Below, piece by piece: positions 18,256-30,177 of a stretch of DNA of 32,000 bases; the stretch's first letter is position 1; each line of letters begins with the position of its first letter. The stretch spans positions 4,650,001-4,682,000 of the forward strand of contig NZ_LN831024.1 in NCBI RefSeq assembly GCF_001457615.1, given 5' to 3'. This DNA comes from Pseudomonas aeruginosa. Its GTDB lineage: Bacteria; Pseudomonadota; Gammaproteobacteria; Pseudomonadales; Pseudomonadaceae. The notes beneath the pieces were generated by a model. It worked only from the letters and a program-made list of their open reading frames with translations. It was not told where the DNA came from and did not search any database. Both the position numbers and the translations under genes were made by a program.

Positions 18256-20319
18256 ATGTCCTCTTCCGGCCTTTTCCCTTCCCGTCCGCTCTGGCCTCTC
18301 ACGCCACTGGCGCTGGCCTGCCTGATTGTTTCGGGGGAAACGCTCGGCGCCGACGGCCGCCCCAGCGAATTGCCCTCCCAGGTGATCACCGCCAACCCGC
18401 TGGGCAACGAATCTCCCGCCACGCCCAGCAGCGTGCTCGAAGGCGACGAGCTGACCCTGCGACAGAAAGGCAGCCTCGGCGAAACCCTCAACGGCCTGCC
18501 CGGGGTGTCCTCCACCTACTTCGGACCGGGCGCCAGCCGACCGGTGATCCGCGGCATGGACGGTGATCGCATCCGCCTGCTGCGCAACGGCGTCGGTGCG
18601 CTCGACGCCTCGTCGCTGTCCTACGACCACGCGGTGCCGGAAGACCCCAACAGCGTCGAGCGCCTGGAAGTGGTACGCGGCCCGGCCGCCCTGCTCTACG
18701 GCGGCAATGCCATCGGCGGGGTGGTGAACAGCTTCGACAACCGCATCCCCAGCGAACCCGTCGACGGCATCCACGGCAGCGGCGAACTGCGCTACGGCGG
18801 CGCCGACACCACCCGTAGCCGCTCCGGCGCACTGGAGGCCGGCGACGGCAACTTCGCCCTGCACGTGGACGCCGCCAGCCGCGAGTTCAACGACGTCAGG
18901 ATTCCCGGCTACGCCCATTCCAGCCGCCAGCGGCAGATCGACGGCGACACCGGCAAGCATCGGGTGCAGAACAGCGACGGCCGCCAGGACGGCGGCGCCG
19001 TCGGTGGCTCCTATCACTGGGAGCACGGTTACGCCGGCCTCTCCTACAGCGGCTACGACAGCAACTATGGCTCGCCGGCCGAGGACGACGTGCGCCTGAA
19101 GATGCAGCAGGACCGCTACGCCTTCGCCTCCGAGATCCGCGACCTCGAAGGCCCGTTCACCTCGCTGAAGCTGGACGCCGCCTATACCAAGTACGAGCAC
19201 AAGGAAATCGAGGACGGCGAGACCGGCACCACCTTCAAGAACGAAGGCTACGAAGGCCGCATCGAGGCCCGCCACCGCCCGCTCGGCCCGCTGAACGGGG
19301 TGGTCGGCGCGCAGTTCGCCAACAGCCGCTTCTCCGCCCTCGGCGAGGAAGCCTTCGTGCCGCACACGGAAACCGACAGCGCCGCGCTGTTCGCCCTGGA
19401 GGAATGGAAGCTCAGCGACCGCCTCGACCTCAGCTTCGGCGCCCGCCTGGAGCACACCCGCGTGGACCCCGACGCCAAGGGCAACGAGCGCTTCGCCGAG
19501 AACGACGGTTCACAGAGCTTCACCACCGGCAGCCTGTCCACCGGCGCGGTGTACAAGCTGACGCCGATCTGGTCGCTGGCCGCCACCCTCAGCTACACCG
19601 AGCGCGCCCCGACCTTCTACGAGCTGTACGCCAACGGTCCGCACGCCGCCACCGGCACCTACGAGGTAGGCGATGCCGACGCGGACAAGGAAAAGGCGGT
19701 CTCCACCGACCTCGCCCTGCGCTTCGACAACGGCGTGCACAAGGGCAGCGTCGGGGTGTTCTACAGCCGCTTCTCCAACTACATCGGCCTGCTCGCCAGC
19801 GGTCGCCATCGCAACGAGGAAGGCGAAGTGGTCGCCGTCGGCGATGACGAGGCGCTGCCGGAATACCTCTACAGCGGCGTTCGCGCGGACTTCTACGGCG
19901 TCGAGGCGCAGGACCGCATCCACCTGCTGGAAAGCCCGTACGGCAACTTCGACCTGGAACTCTCCGGGGACTACACCCGCGCCAAGAACAAGGACACCGG
20001 CGAACCGCTGCCACGCATCGCCCCGCTGCGCCTGAACACCGCGCTGATCTGGGAGTTGCAGCAGTGGCAGGCGCGGGTCGACGTCGAACACGCCGCCTCG
20101 CAGCACCGCGTGCCGGAGGAAGAACTCTCCACCGACGGCTACACCACCCTCGGCGCCAGCCTCGGCTACAACTTCGACCTCGGCGAGAGCCGCTGGCTGG
20201 CCTTCGTCAAGGGCACCAACCTGACCAACCAGACCGTGCGCTACGCCAGTTCGATCCTGCGCGACCGGGTGCCGGCGGCGGGACGCGGCATCGAGGCGGG
20301 GGTGAAGGTGGCGTTCTGA
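18256..20319 (+). CDS. znuD: TonB-dependent outer membrane receptor, ZnuD-like
   Basis: Plug domain (PSQVITANPLGNESPATPSSVLEGDELTLRQKGSLGETLNGLPGVSSTYFGPGASRPVIRGMDGDRIRLLRNGVGALDASSLSYDHAVPEDPNSVERLEVVRGPAALLYGGNAIGGVVN) and C-terminal aromatic ending VAF. ATG 18238 is an in-frame alternative. Symbol depends on the nearby Zur-like site and recall. Confidence 0.88.
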   Translation: MSSSGLFPSRPLWPLTPLALACLIVSGETLGADGRPSELPSQVITANPLGNESPATPSSVLEGDELTLRQKGSLGETLNGLPGVSSTYFGPGASRPVIRGMDGDRIRLLRNGVGALDASSLSYDHAVPEDPNSVERLEVVRGPAALLYGGNAIGGVVNSFDNRIPSEPVDGIHGSGELRYGGADTTRSRSGALEAGDGNFALHVDAASREFNDVRIPGYAHSSRQRQIDGDTGKHRVQNSDGRQDGGAVGGSYHWEHGYAGLSYSGYDSNYGSPAEDDVRLKMQQDRYAFASEIRDLEGPFTSLKLDAAYTKYEHKEIEDGETGTTFKNEGYEGRIEARHRPLGPLNGVVGAQFANSRFSALGEEAFVPHTETDSAALFALEEWKLSDRLDLSFGARLEHTRVDPDAKGNERFAENDGSQSFTTGSLSTGAVYKLTPIWSLAATLSYTERAPTFYELYANGPHAATGTYEVGDADADKEKAVSTDLALRFDNGVHKGSVGVFYSRFSNYIGLLASGRHRNEEGEVVAVGDDEALPEYLYSGVRADFYGVEAQDRIHLLESPYGNFDLELSGDYTRAKNKDTGEPLPRIAPLRLNTALIWELQQWQARVDVEHAASQHRVPEEELSTDGYTTLGASLGYNFDLGESRWLAFVKGTNLTNQTVRYASSILRDRVPAAGRGIEAGVKVAF

Positions 20320-20321
20320 GA

Positions 20322-20421
20322 CAGGCCGTGCGGGACGAATTCGCTCGGCGGATGACGTCCGCGCCGTTATCCGTCCTACACCACTCCCGGTAGGGCGAAT
20401 AACCGCCTGCGGTTATCCGCC
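20322..20421. repeat. REP-like palindromic element cluster
   Basis: GTAGGGCGAATAACCGC-CT-GCGGTTATCCGCC (20391-20421) plus a degenerate opposite-orientation unit GCCGTTATCCGTCCTAC. Related to the palindrome at 3952. Confidence 0.65.
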
Positions 20422-20439
20422 GAAGGTGGCGGATGGCGC

Positions 20440-21192
20440 TCAGCCCTTGCGCAGCGACTTCGGCGTCAGCCCCAGGTAGCGGCGCATCGCCGTGGTCAGC
20501 GCGCTCTGGCTGGAGAAGCCGCATTCCTCGGCGATCCGCACCAGAGGCAGGCGGCTTTCCCGCAGCAACCGCGCGGCGCAGTCGAGGCGGACCTTGAGCA
20601 GGTACTGGTGCGGGGTCAGGCCGACGCTGTCCTTGAACTGCGCGTGGAAATGGCTCGGGCTGAGACAGGCGACCTGGGCCAGTTCGGCGACCGTGATGCG
20701 CCGCGCCAGGTTCCGCACGATATGCGCGTCCAGGCGCTCCAGGTCGAGCGGCCCGCTGGCCGCCAGGGGCTGCTGCTCGCCGAACAGGCGCAGGTGCAGG
20801 GCGCGGATCAGCACTCCGCCGAGGGCACGGGTCAGCAGCGGGTCGCTGCCGTAGCGGGCCAGTTCGGCGCCGGCGTAGCTGAGCAGGTTCTGGAAGTCGG
20901 CGTCCAGGGTCGGGTAGCGCGGCGCCTCGAACAGGCGCGCGAGCAGGTCGGGGTCTTCCGGGGTCGGGTTGTCCTCGCCCAGGTCGATGATCAGCATGCG
21001 GTTGTCGCCCACCCCGGCGAACACGTGGCCCGCCTCGCCCGGCACCAGGCAGGCGCGCATCCGGCAGACTTCCCCGCCACAGCCGTTGACCTCGAATTCG
21101 GCGCGCCCGGCCAGCGACATCACCAGTTGGTGATGCTCGTGGGCGTGGGTGTGCGACTGGTCGGGCAGACGGATGAGGCGGGTGTCGAACAT
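20440..21192 (-). CDS. pruR: AraC-family regulator, PruR-like (250 aa)
   Basis: Start MFDTRLIRLPDQSHTHAHEHHQLVMSLAGRAEFEVNG (cupin-like). C-terminal AraC HTH ARRITVAELAQVACLSPSHFHAQFKDSVGLTPHQYLLKVRLDCAARLLRESRLPLVRIAEECGFSSQSALTTAMRRYLGLTPKSLRK. Near the put genes. Confidence 0.85.
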   Translation of the reverse strand: MFDTRLIRLPDQSHTHAHEHHQLVMSLAGRAEFEVNGCGGEVCRMRACLVPGEAGHVFAGVGDNRMLIIDLGEDNPTPEDPDLLARLFEAPRYPTLDADFQNLLSYAGAELARYGSDPLLTRALGGVLIRALHLRLFGEQQPLAASGPLDLERLDAHIVRNLARRITVAELAQVACLSPSHFHAQFKDSVGLTPHQYLLKVRLDCAARLLRESRLPLVRIAEECGFSSQSALTTAMRRYLGLTPKSLRKG

Positions 21193-21323
21193 GAACGGCA
21201 ACTGCTCAATTTTTGCGCACTCTACTCGACTTGCCCGACGCTGCCCAGCACCTTGCCGCAAGTGGTACCCGCGTACCGCGTGCTGCGTGGAAACCTTCGG
21301 CAACATCCTTGAACGGACAGGGA

Positions 21324-21351
21324 TTGAAACCCGCCCCCGGGGCCCCATCTA
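21324..21351 (+). promoter_or_regulatory. Putative sigma-32 (RpoH) heat-shock promoter
   Basis: -35 TTGAAA (21324-21329), 13-nt spacer, -10 CCCCATCTA (21343-21351), 31 nt before the Lon-like ORF start. Confidence 0.7.
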
Positions 21352-21382
21352 GACTCTCATGTTTCAGTCAGTCAGGTGCCTC

Positions 21383-23782
<2,400 letters not shown>

Positions 23783-23786
23783 GCCG

Positions 23787-23821
23787 GCGGCGGATGGCCG
23801 ACCGGTTCGGCCGTCCGCCGC
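23787..23821. other. Intergenic hairpin downstream of the Lon-like gene
   Basis: GCGGCGGATGGCC (23787-23799) / GGCCGTCCGCCGC (23809-23821), near-perfect stem without a clear T-tract. Confidence 0.4.
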
Positions 23822-23892
23822 GCCAACCTTGGCACTCGGGCGCCAGCAGGGTTTATGCTGGCGCCCTTTCCATTCGAGCCGAGGAGCGCTGC

Positions 23893-24297
23893 ATGTCCTT
23901 TTCCCCCTCCCGTCTGCTGCTGCCATTGTCCATCGTGGTCCTGGCCGGCTGCGCCGGGCAACAGAAGCCGGTGGTCACCCTGGACGACGCCGACGACTGT
24001 TCGCCGCTGAAGCTGACGCAAGGCCAGGAACTGGTGCTGACCCTGCCGAGCAATCCCACCACCGGCTTCCGCTGGGAACTGCGCAACCCTGCTGCCAGCG
24101 TGCTCAAGCGCCTTGGCCCGGAGGTCTACAGCAATTCCGAAGAAGACAGCGGCCTGGTTGGCAGCGGCGGCGAATCGACCTGGCGCTTCCGCGTCGCCGC
24201 CAGCGGCGACGACCGCCTGGAACTGGTCTACCGGCGGCCCTGGGAAAAGGACGCGGAACCGGCGGAAAGCTTTTCCTGCGCGATCCAGGTGCGCTGA
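23893..24297 (+). CDS. Chagasin-family (I42) peptidase inhibitor lipoprotein (134 aa)
   Basis: Lipobox VVLAGC; chagasin-type motifs NPTTGFRW and YRRPWEK. RBS GAGGAG upstream of ATG 23893. Confidence 0.9.
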   Translation: MSFSPSRLLLPLSIVVLAGCAGQQKPVVTLDDADDCSPLKLTQGQELVLTLPSNPTTGFRWELRNPAASVLKRLGPEVYSNSEEDSGLVGSGGESTWRFRVAASGDDRLELVYRRPWEKDAEPAESFSCAIQVR

Positions 24298-24395
24298 AAC
24301 CGCTGCCCGCGGCGGACACATTCTGTACGAAGACCGACGTCCCGCGCCGTGGCGACCTGGCCTATCCTGACAGGCCCCGTCGCCCCGAGGACTCC

Positions 24396-25148
24396 ATGCT
24401 CCGCGCCTCCTTCGTCCTGCTCGCCCTGTCCTGCGCCGCTCCTCTGCCCTCGCTGGCCGAACCGTTGCGCTTCGCAGGCGACGACGGCTGCCCCTACCTG
24501 TGCCCTGGCACGCCGCAGCGGCCCGGCTACCTGGTCGAGGCGCTCAGCCAGGTCCTTCGGGAGCCACCGCACTTCGACAGCCTGCCCTGGCCGCGCGCCG
24601 TGCAGATGGTCCGCGACGGCCATCGCGACGGCCTGGTCGGCGCCTATGGACTCGACGGCCTGCGGGTCGGCAGCGAGCCCATCGGCTGGGTCGGGCTGGC
24701 CTTCTACACCCGCCACGACAGCGACTGGCACTACTCCGGCGATGCTTCCCTGCTCGGCCAGCGCCTGGGCCTCGCCCAGGGCTACGTGAACAATCCGCGC
24801 TTCGAAGCCTGGCGCAGCCAGGCCGGCGACGACGACCTGCACCTGCAGGTCCTCGGCGGCGAGCGCGTGCTGCCGCGCAACCTGCAGAAACTGCTGCTCG
24901 GCCGCATCGACGTGCTATTGGAAGACCGCGACATCATCGAGCACTACCTGGAGCATCATCCGCAGCTCGCCGGACAGATCCGCCGCGCCGGCGAACTACC
25001 CGGGCGGCAGCCGCTGCACGTCGGCCTCAGCCCGCACCTGCCGGAGGTCGACGCGCGTCTCGCGGAACTCGACGAAGGGCTACGCCAACTGCGTCGCGAA
25101 GGCACCCTGAAGGTCCTCGGCGAGCGCTATAGGCTTTCTTTCGAATGA
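24396..25148 (+). CDS. Periplasmic substrate-binding-like protein (family 3 type, 250 aa)
   Basis: Signal peptide MLRASFVLLALSCAAPLPSLA; SBP3-like domain (GDDGCPYLCPGTPQRPGYLVEALSQVL..., RIDVLLEDRDIIEHYL, LKVLGERY). RBS GAGG upstream. Confidence 0.82.
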   Translation: MLRASFVLLALSCAAPLPSLAEPLRFAGDDGCPYLCPGTPQRPGYLVEALSQVLREPPHFDSLPWPRAVQMVRDGHRDGLVGAYGLDGLRVGSEPIGWVGLAFYTRHDSDWHYSGDASLLGQRLGLAQGYVNNPRFEAWRSQAGDDDLHLQVLGGERVLPRNLQKLLLGRIDVLLEDRDIIEHYLEHHPQLAGQIRRAGELPGRQPLHVGLSPHLPEVDARLAELDEGLRQLRREGTLKVLGERYRLSFE

Positions 25149-25279
25149 CTTTCCGGGCCGCCGGAAATCCGCCGCCAGACCAGCAACCACGCTGCTTTCA
25201 GCCGATTGAATAAATTCCGGCAGGCCTTTTTGGCGTCGTCTATTACTCAATCTACGACGGCACCGAAAGGAGGCGCGTC

Positions 25280-25852
25280 ATGGGCACCGCTCTTCGTTAC
25301 TCACTGCTCTGGGCATCCACTGTCTTCGTTTCCTCCTGCGGCAGCCTGCTGCCCAGCGAACGAGCGGAAGTCCAATCCCCCTTCGTCGACTACCTCGATG
25401 CCGAACTGCGCTATTCCCAGGCGCAACCCGGCAGCACGACCCGTTCGCAGCTGTTCGGGCTGGGTTTCGATCCATTGACCCAGGGCAACGGCCGCATGCT
25501 GTCGTTCATCGACGTGCGGCTCATGTTCATCCAGCCGAACATCCCCATCGATTACCTGCCGGGCGGCCTGGTGCAATGCCTGGAAGCGAAGGACCGTTGC
25601 ATCGGCTACGCCTTCGATTTCAGCAAGACCGACACCCAGCGGGTCGGCAGCTTCTGGGCGGACGTGTTCAACTTCCGCAAGAAACGGGAGTTGCAGGGCT
25701 GGTCGTTCAAGGCGGTGTTCGTCTTCGTCAACGACGTGCTGGTGCACAAGGTCAGCAACGGCGAACCGAACATCCATCGCCTGGAAGACAAGAAGAACCC
25801 GCTGGGTCCGCTGCAGGGCGCGGGAGAGTACTTCTCCGACAAGCTCAGGTGA
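25280..25852 (+). CDS. Hypothetical lipoprotein (190 aa)
   Basis: Strong GAAAGGAGG RBS and N-terminal lipobox-like VFVSSCGSL. No family recognised. Confidence 0.8.
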   Translation: MGTALRYSLLWASTVFVSSCGSLLPSERAEVQSPFVDYLDAELRYSQAQPGSTTRSQLFGLGFDPLTQGNGRMLSFIDVRLMFIQPNIPIDYLPGGLVQCLEAKDRCIGYAFDFSKTDTQRVGSFWADVFNFRKKRELQGWSFKAVFVFVNDVLVHKVSNGEPNIHRLEDKKNPLGPLQGAGEYFSDKLR

Positions 25853-25888
25853 TTCGCCTGCGCGCATGGGTGAATCGTCGCCGCGCAG

Positions 25889-25917
25889 TTGGGCGACGCT
25901 CATCCCTCGGCTACAAT
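25889..25917 (+). promoter_or_regulatory. Putative sigma-70 promoter for cmoAB
   Basis: TTGGGC (25889-25894), 17-nt spacer, TACAAT (25912-25917). Confidence 0.5.
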
Positions 25918-25938
25918 TCGGCCCCCTGAAAAGCCGTG

Positions 25939-26697
25939 ATGCCCGAGGTCACCCGCGTGAGCGAGTCCGATCGCCTGTTCGCCCAACCCCAGCAACGTGT
26001 CGCCGACTTCGTGTTCAACGAAGACGTGGTGCGCGTGTTCCCCGACATGATCAAGCGCTCCGTGCCGGGCTACCCCACCATCGTCGAGAACATCGGCGTA
26101 CTCGGCGCGCAGTTCGCCCAGCCGAACAGCGTGCTCTACGACCTCGGCTGCTCGCTCGGCGCGGTCACCCAGTCGCTGCGCCGCCACGTCCGCAACGACG
26201 GCTGCCGGGTGATCGGGGTGGACAACTCGCACGCGATGATCGAGCGCTGCAGTGAATACCTGCATGCCCAGGACGCCATGTACCAGGAGCTGCTGCCGGT
26301 CGAGCTGATCGAGGCCGACATTCTCGCCCTGGACCTGCAACCCACCTCGCTGGTGGCGATGAACTTCACCCTGCAGTTCGTCGCCCCCGACCAGCGCCTC
26401 GGCCTGCTGCGCAGGATCCGCCAGGCACTGCTGCCCGGCGGCGCGCTGATCCTCTCGGAGAAACTGCGCTTCGCCGATGCGCAGGAGCACGCGCTGCTCA
26501 CCGACCTGCACATCGCCTTCAAGCGTGCCAACGGCTACAGCGAGCTGGAGATCGCGCAGAAGCGCAGCGCGCTGGAAAACGTCATGCTCCCCGACACCTT
26601 CGAGGAACACCGTGAACGGCTCCTGGCCGCCGGCTTCAGCCGGGTCAGCCAATGGTTCCAGTGTCTCAACTTCGCCTCGATGATCGCCCTGCCATGA
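25939..26697 (+). CDS. cmoA: Carboxy-S-adenosyl-L-methionine synthase CmoA
   Basis: [59 protein letters not shown] and [26 protein letters not shown] closely match CmoA. GTG 25957 ([10 protein letters not shown]) is an alternative start. Confidence 0.96.
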
Positions 26698-27662
26698 TCC
26701 AGCACCTCGCCCTCGACGCCCTCCAGCGACACCTCGCCGGCTCTCCGCTGTACGGCTGGGCGACCAGCCTGCCCGCGCAGATCGCCGCGCGCATCGAGGA
26801 AGGCCACGGCGACCTGGCCCGTTGGTGGAGCGCGGTCCAGCGCCTGCCCCAGGTGCCCGCGCCGAAGGTCGAACTGGCCCAGCGCTTCGCCCTGCACAGC
26901 GACCACGATGCGGCGCTACAAGCGCAGGTGAAGGAAGCGCTGCAAGGGCTGATTCCCTGGCGCAAGGGGCCGTTCGACTTCTTCGGCGTACAGGTCGATA
27001 CCGAATGGCGTTCCGACTGGAAATGGGAGCGTGTCTCGCCACATGTCGAACTGCGTGGCAAACGCGTCCTCGACGTCGGCTGCGGCAACGGCTACTACCA
27101 GTGGCGCATGCTCGGCGCCGGCGCGGAAAGCGTGGTCGGGGTCGATCCGAACTGGCTGTTCCTCTGCCAGTTCCTCGCCGCCAAGCGCTACCTGCCGGAG
27201 CTGCCGGCCTGGCACCTGCCGCTGGCCCTGGAAGACCTGCCGGAGAAGCTCGAAGGCTTCGACACGGTATTCTCCATGGGCGTGCTCTATCACCGTCGCT
27301 CGCCCATCGACCACCTGCTGGCGCTCAAGGACTGCCTGAAGCGCGGCGGCGAACTGGTCCTGGAGACCCTGGTGGTGGAAGGCGACGCCAGCACCGTGCT
27401 GGTGCCCGAGGACCGCTACGCGCAGATGCGCAACGTCTGGTTCCTGCCCTCGGTGGCAGCCCTGGAGCTCTGGCTGCGCCGCGCCGGGTTCGCCGACGCG
27501 CGCTGCGTCGACGTCAGCCTGACCAGCGTCGAGGAACAACGCTCCACCGAATGGATGCGTTTCCAGTCGCTGCCGGAATTCCTCGATCCACAGGACCGTT
27601 CGCGAACCGTCGAAGGCCTGCCGGCACCGATGCGCGCCACGCTGGTGGCGCGCAAGCCCTGA
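26694..27662 (+). CDS. cmoB: tRNA 5-carboxymethoxyuridine methyltransferase CmoB (322 aa)
   Basis: [72 protein letters not shown] overlap with cmoA. Confidence 0.97.
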
Positions 27663-27675
27663 CAGCGGGTAGGGT

Positions 27676-27703
27676 AAAGCCCATCCTCGGATGGGCTTTT
27701 TTT
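27676..27703 (+). terminator. Rho-independent terminator of cmoAB
   Basis: GCCCATC-CTCG-GATGGGC followed by TTTTTTT. Confidence 0.9.
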
Positions 27704-27752
27704 CGTGCTTTCATCCGCCCCGCAGGTCGACGGGAAGCGGGGCGCGATTGCC

Positions 27753-28499
27753 TCAGCGCTTGGTCGCCGCGGCCAGCATCAGCGCTTTCATCTCGGCCAC
27801 CGCCTGCCTGAAGCCGACGAACAGGGCGTGGGCAACGATGGCGTGGCCGATGTTCAGCTCGTTGATGCCGTCGATGGCCGCGACCGGCTCGACATTGTGG
27901 TAGTGCAGGCCATGCCCGGCGTTGACGATCAGGCCGAGGGAACGCCCGAGGGCCACGCCCTCGCGTACCCGCTGCAGCTCACGGGCCTGCTCCTCGGGGT
28001 CTTCGGCGTCGGCGTAGCGACCGGTATGCAGTTCGATAGCCGGCGCGCCGACCCGGGCGGAGGCCTCGATCTGCCGCGGATCGGGATCGATGAACAGCGA
28101 CACTTCGCTGCCCACCGCAGCCAGGCGTCGCACCGCGTCGCGGATGCGCTGTTCCTGGCCGGCGACGTCGAGGCCGCCCTCGGTGGTCAGTTCCTCGCGG
28201 CGCTCGGGGACCAGGCAGCTATGCGCCGGCCGGATCTCCTCGGCGAAGGCGAGCATTTCCTCGGTGACCCCCATCTCGAAGTTCATCCGCGTCTGCAGTA
28301 CTTCCTTGAGCACTCGCACGTCGCGTTCCTGGATATGCCGGCGGTCCTCGCGCAGGTGCACGGTGATACCGTCGGCGCCGGCTTCCTCGGCGTCCAGGGC
28401 GGCCTTCACCGGGTCCGGATAGCGGGTGCCCCGGGCCTGGCGCAGGGTGGCGACGTGATCGATGTTCACGCCGAGCAGAATTCGAGTGGCTTCAGTCAC
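27753..28499 (-). CDS. pdxJ: Pyridoxine 5'-phosphate synthase PdxJ (248 aa)
   Basis: [54 protein letters not shown] and [21 protein letters not shown] are PdxJ signatures. Confidence 0.98.
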   Translation of the reverse strand: MTEATRILLGVNIDHVATLRQARGTRYPDPVKAALDAEEAGADGITVHLREDRRHIQERDVRVLKEVLQTRMNFEMGVTEEMLAFAEEIRPAHSCLVPERREELTTEGGLDVAGQEQRIRDAVRRLAAVGSEVSLFIDPDPRQIEASARVGAPAIELHTGRYADAEDPEEQARELQRVREGVALGRSLGLIVNAGHGLHYHNVEPVAAIDGINELNIGHAIVAHALFVGFRQAVAEMKALMLAAATKR

Positions 28500-29193
28500 G
28501 GGGTGACTCCTTACGGTTCATGAACAGCTCGCGGCTGACCAGCGGCCGGCCGCCCAGATGGGGAGCGAGCGCCTGGCGCATCAGGCGCTTGGCCGCCGCC
28601 AGGGCGCCGGGGGCGCTCCAGTCGGCGTCGGCCATGGATAACAGTTCGGAGCCCTGGAACAGCCCGGGTTGCAGCTGCGCCACCGGCTCCAGGCCGGCCT
28701 CTGGCAAAAGCTGGTACAACGCCTGCGGCTCGATCGGGCGCCCATCGATGTCGACATCGAGAGCGAAACCATAGCCCAGTTGCTCCAGCAGGCGCCATTC
28801 GAACGCGCGCAGCAGCGGTTCAATGGGTCGCCCCGCCGCCAGCAGCGGCAGGGTCGCGGCGTAGTGGGCGAAGATTTCCGGCTGCGGGTCTTCCGCCGGC
28901 AACAGGCGGATCAACAGCTCGTTGAGGTAGAGACCGCTGAACAGCGCCTGGCCATTGAGCAGGTTGGGAACACCGGCGCTTTCCAGCCGGGCCACGGTCT
29001 TCAGTTCGCCGCGCCCGCGCCACTCCGCTTCCAGCGGCACGAATGGCCGCGCCAGGGCGCCAGCCTTGCCGCGGGCGCCGCGCAGGACCGCGCGCAGGCG
29101 ACCCAACGGGGTGAAGAAGTCCACCAGGGCGCTGGTTTCCTTGTACGGCCGGCTATGCAGCACGTAGGTGGCTTGGGCGGCGGCGAAGGACAT
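28492..29193 (-). CDS. recO: DNA repair protein RecO (233 aa)
   Basis: [64 protein letters not shown]; located upstream of pdxJ. Confidence 0.95.
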   Translation of the reverse strand: MSFAAAQATYVLHSRPYKETSALVDFFTPLGRLRAVLRGARGKAGALARPFVPLEAEWRGRGELKTVARLESAGVPNLLNGQALFSGLYLNELLIRLLPAEDPQPEIFAHYAATLPLLAAGRPIEPLLRAFEWRLLEQLGYGFALDVDIDGRPIEPQALYQLLPEAGLEPVAQLQPGLFQGSELLSMADADWSAPGALAAAKRLMRQALAPHLGGRPLVSRELFMNRKESPRD

Positions 29194-29253
29194 GGCGGGT
29201 CGACCGGGCGCGAGAGGAATGGCGCCCGGCTGGCGCCGGGCTGCCGGGAACGG

Positions 29254-30177
29254 TCAGAGGTCGCCGTAGCCCAGCGAGCGCAGGGCACGCTCGTCGTCGG
29301 ACCAGCCGCCCTTGACCTTGACCCAGAGGTTGAGCATGACCTTGGAGTCGAACAGCACTTCCATGTCCTTGCGCGCGTTCTGGCCGATGCTTTTGATCCG
29401 CTCGCCCTTGTCGCCGATGATGATCTTCTTCTGCCCCTCGCGCTCCACCAGGATCAGCGCATGGATATGCAGGATGCGACCTTCCTGCTTGAACTCCTCG
29501 ATCTCCACGGTGATCTGGTAGGGCAGCTCGGCGCCGAGCTGGCGCATGATCTTCTCGCGGACCAGCTCGGCGGCCAGGAAGCGGCTGCTGCGGTCGGTGA
29601 TCTGGTCTTCGGGGAAGAAGTGCTCGCTTTCCGGCAGACGCTCGGCGACCAGCTTCTCCAGCACGTCCAGGTTGGTCCCGTGCTGCGCCGAGATCGGTAC
29701 TACCTCGGCCTTCGGCAACTGCTGGGTGAGCCATTCGAGGTGCGGCAGCAGGTCGGCCTTCTCCTCGATGCGGTCGGTCTTGTTCACCGCGATCAGCACC
29801 GGGCAACTGACGTACTGCACGCGCTCCAGGACCATCTGGTCCTCTTCGGTCCAGCGGGTGCGGTCGACCACGAAGATCACCACGTCGACATCCTTCAATG
29901 CCGCGCTGGCGGTACGGTTCATGTAGCGGTTGAGGGCCTTCTCGCCGCTCTTGTGCAGGCCGGGCGTATCGACGTAGACGGCCTGCACCTCGCCCTCGGT
30001 CTTGATCCCGAGCATGTTGTGGCGGGTGGTCTGCGGCTTGCGCGAGGTGATCGCCAGCTTCTGCCCGAGGATGTGGTTGAGCAGGGTGGACTTGCCCACG
30101 TTGGGGCGGCCCACGATCGCCACGTAGCCGCAACGGCTGCCGGCGGGGATGTCGTCGTGCATGTCAGTCATGGCCAT
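29254..30177 (-). CDS. era: GTPase Era (307 aa)
   Basis: GTPase motifs [26 protein letters not shown]; C-terminal KH region [21 protein letters not shown]. Confidence 0.98.
   Translation of the reverse strand: MAMTDMHDDIPAGSRCGYVAIVGRPNVGKSTLLNHILGQKLAITSRKPQTTRHNMLGIKTEGEVQAVYVDTPGLHKSGEKALNRYMNRTASAALKDVDVVIFVVDRTRWTEEDQMVLERVQYVSCPVLIAVNKTDRIEEKADLLPHLEWLTQQLPKAEVVPISAQHGTNLDVLEKLVAERLPESEHFFPEDQITDRSSRFLAAELVREKIMRQLGAELPYQITVEIEEFKQEGRILHIHALILVEREGQKKIIIGDKGERIKSIGQNARKDMEVLFDSKVMLNLWVKVKGGWSDDERALRSLGYGDL

Noticed and set aside
21317-21332. ACAGGGATTGAAACCC resembles the GATTGAAAC end of some CRISPR repeats.
   Set aside because: Single occurrence, no repeated unit or spacers and no cas genes. 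It is better explained as the -35 region of a sigma-32-like promoter.
29224-29241. GCCCGGC-TGGC-GCCGGGC hairpin between recO and era.
   Set aside because: Real 7-bp inverted repeat but short, without a T-tract, and in a likely continuous operon; such hairpins are common in GC-rich gaps.
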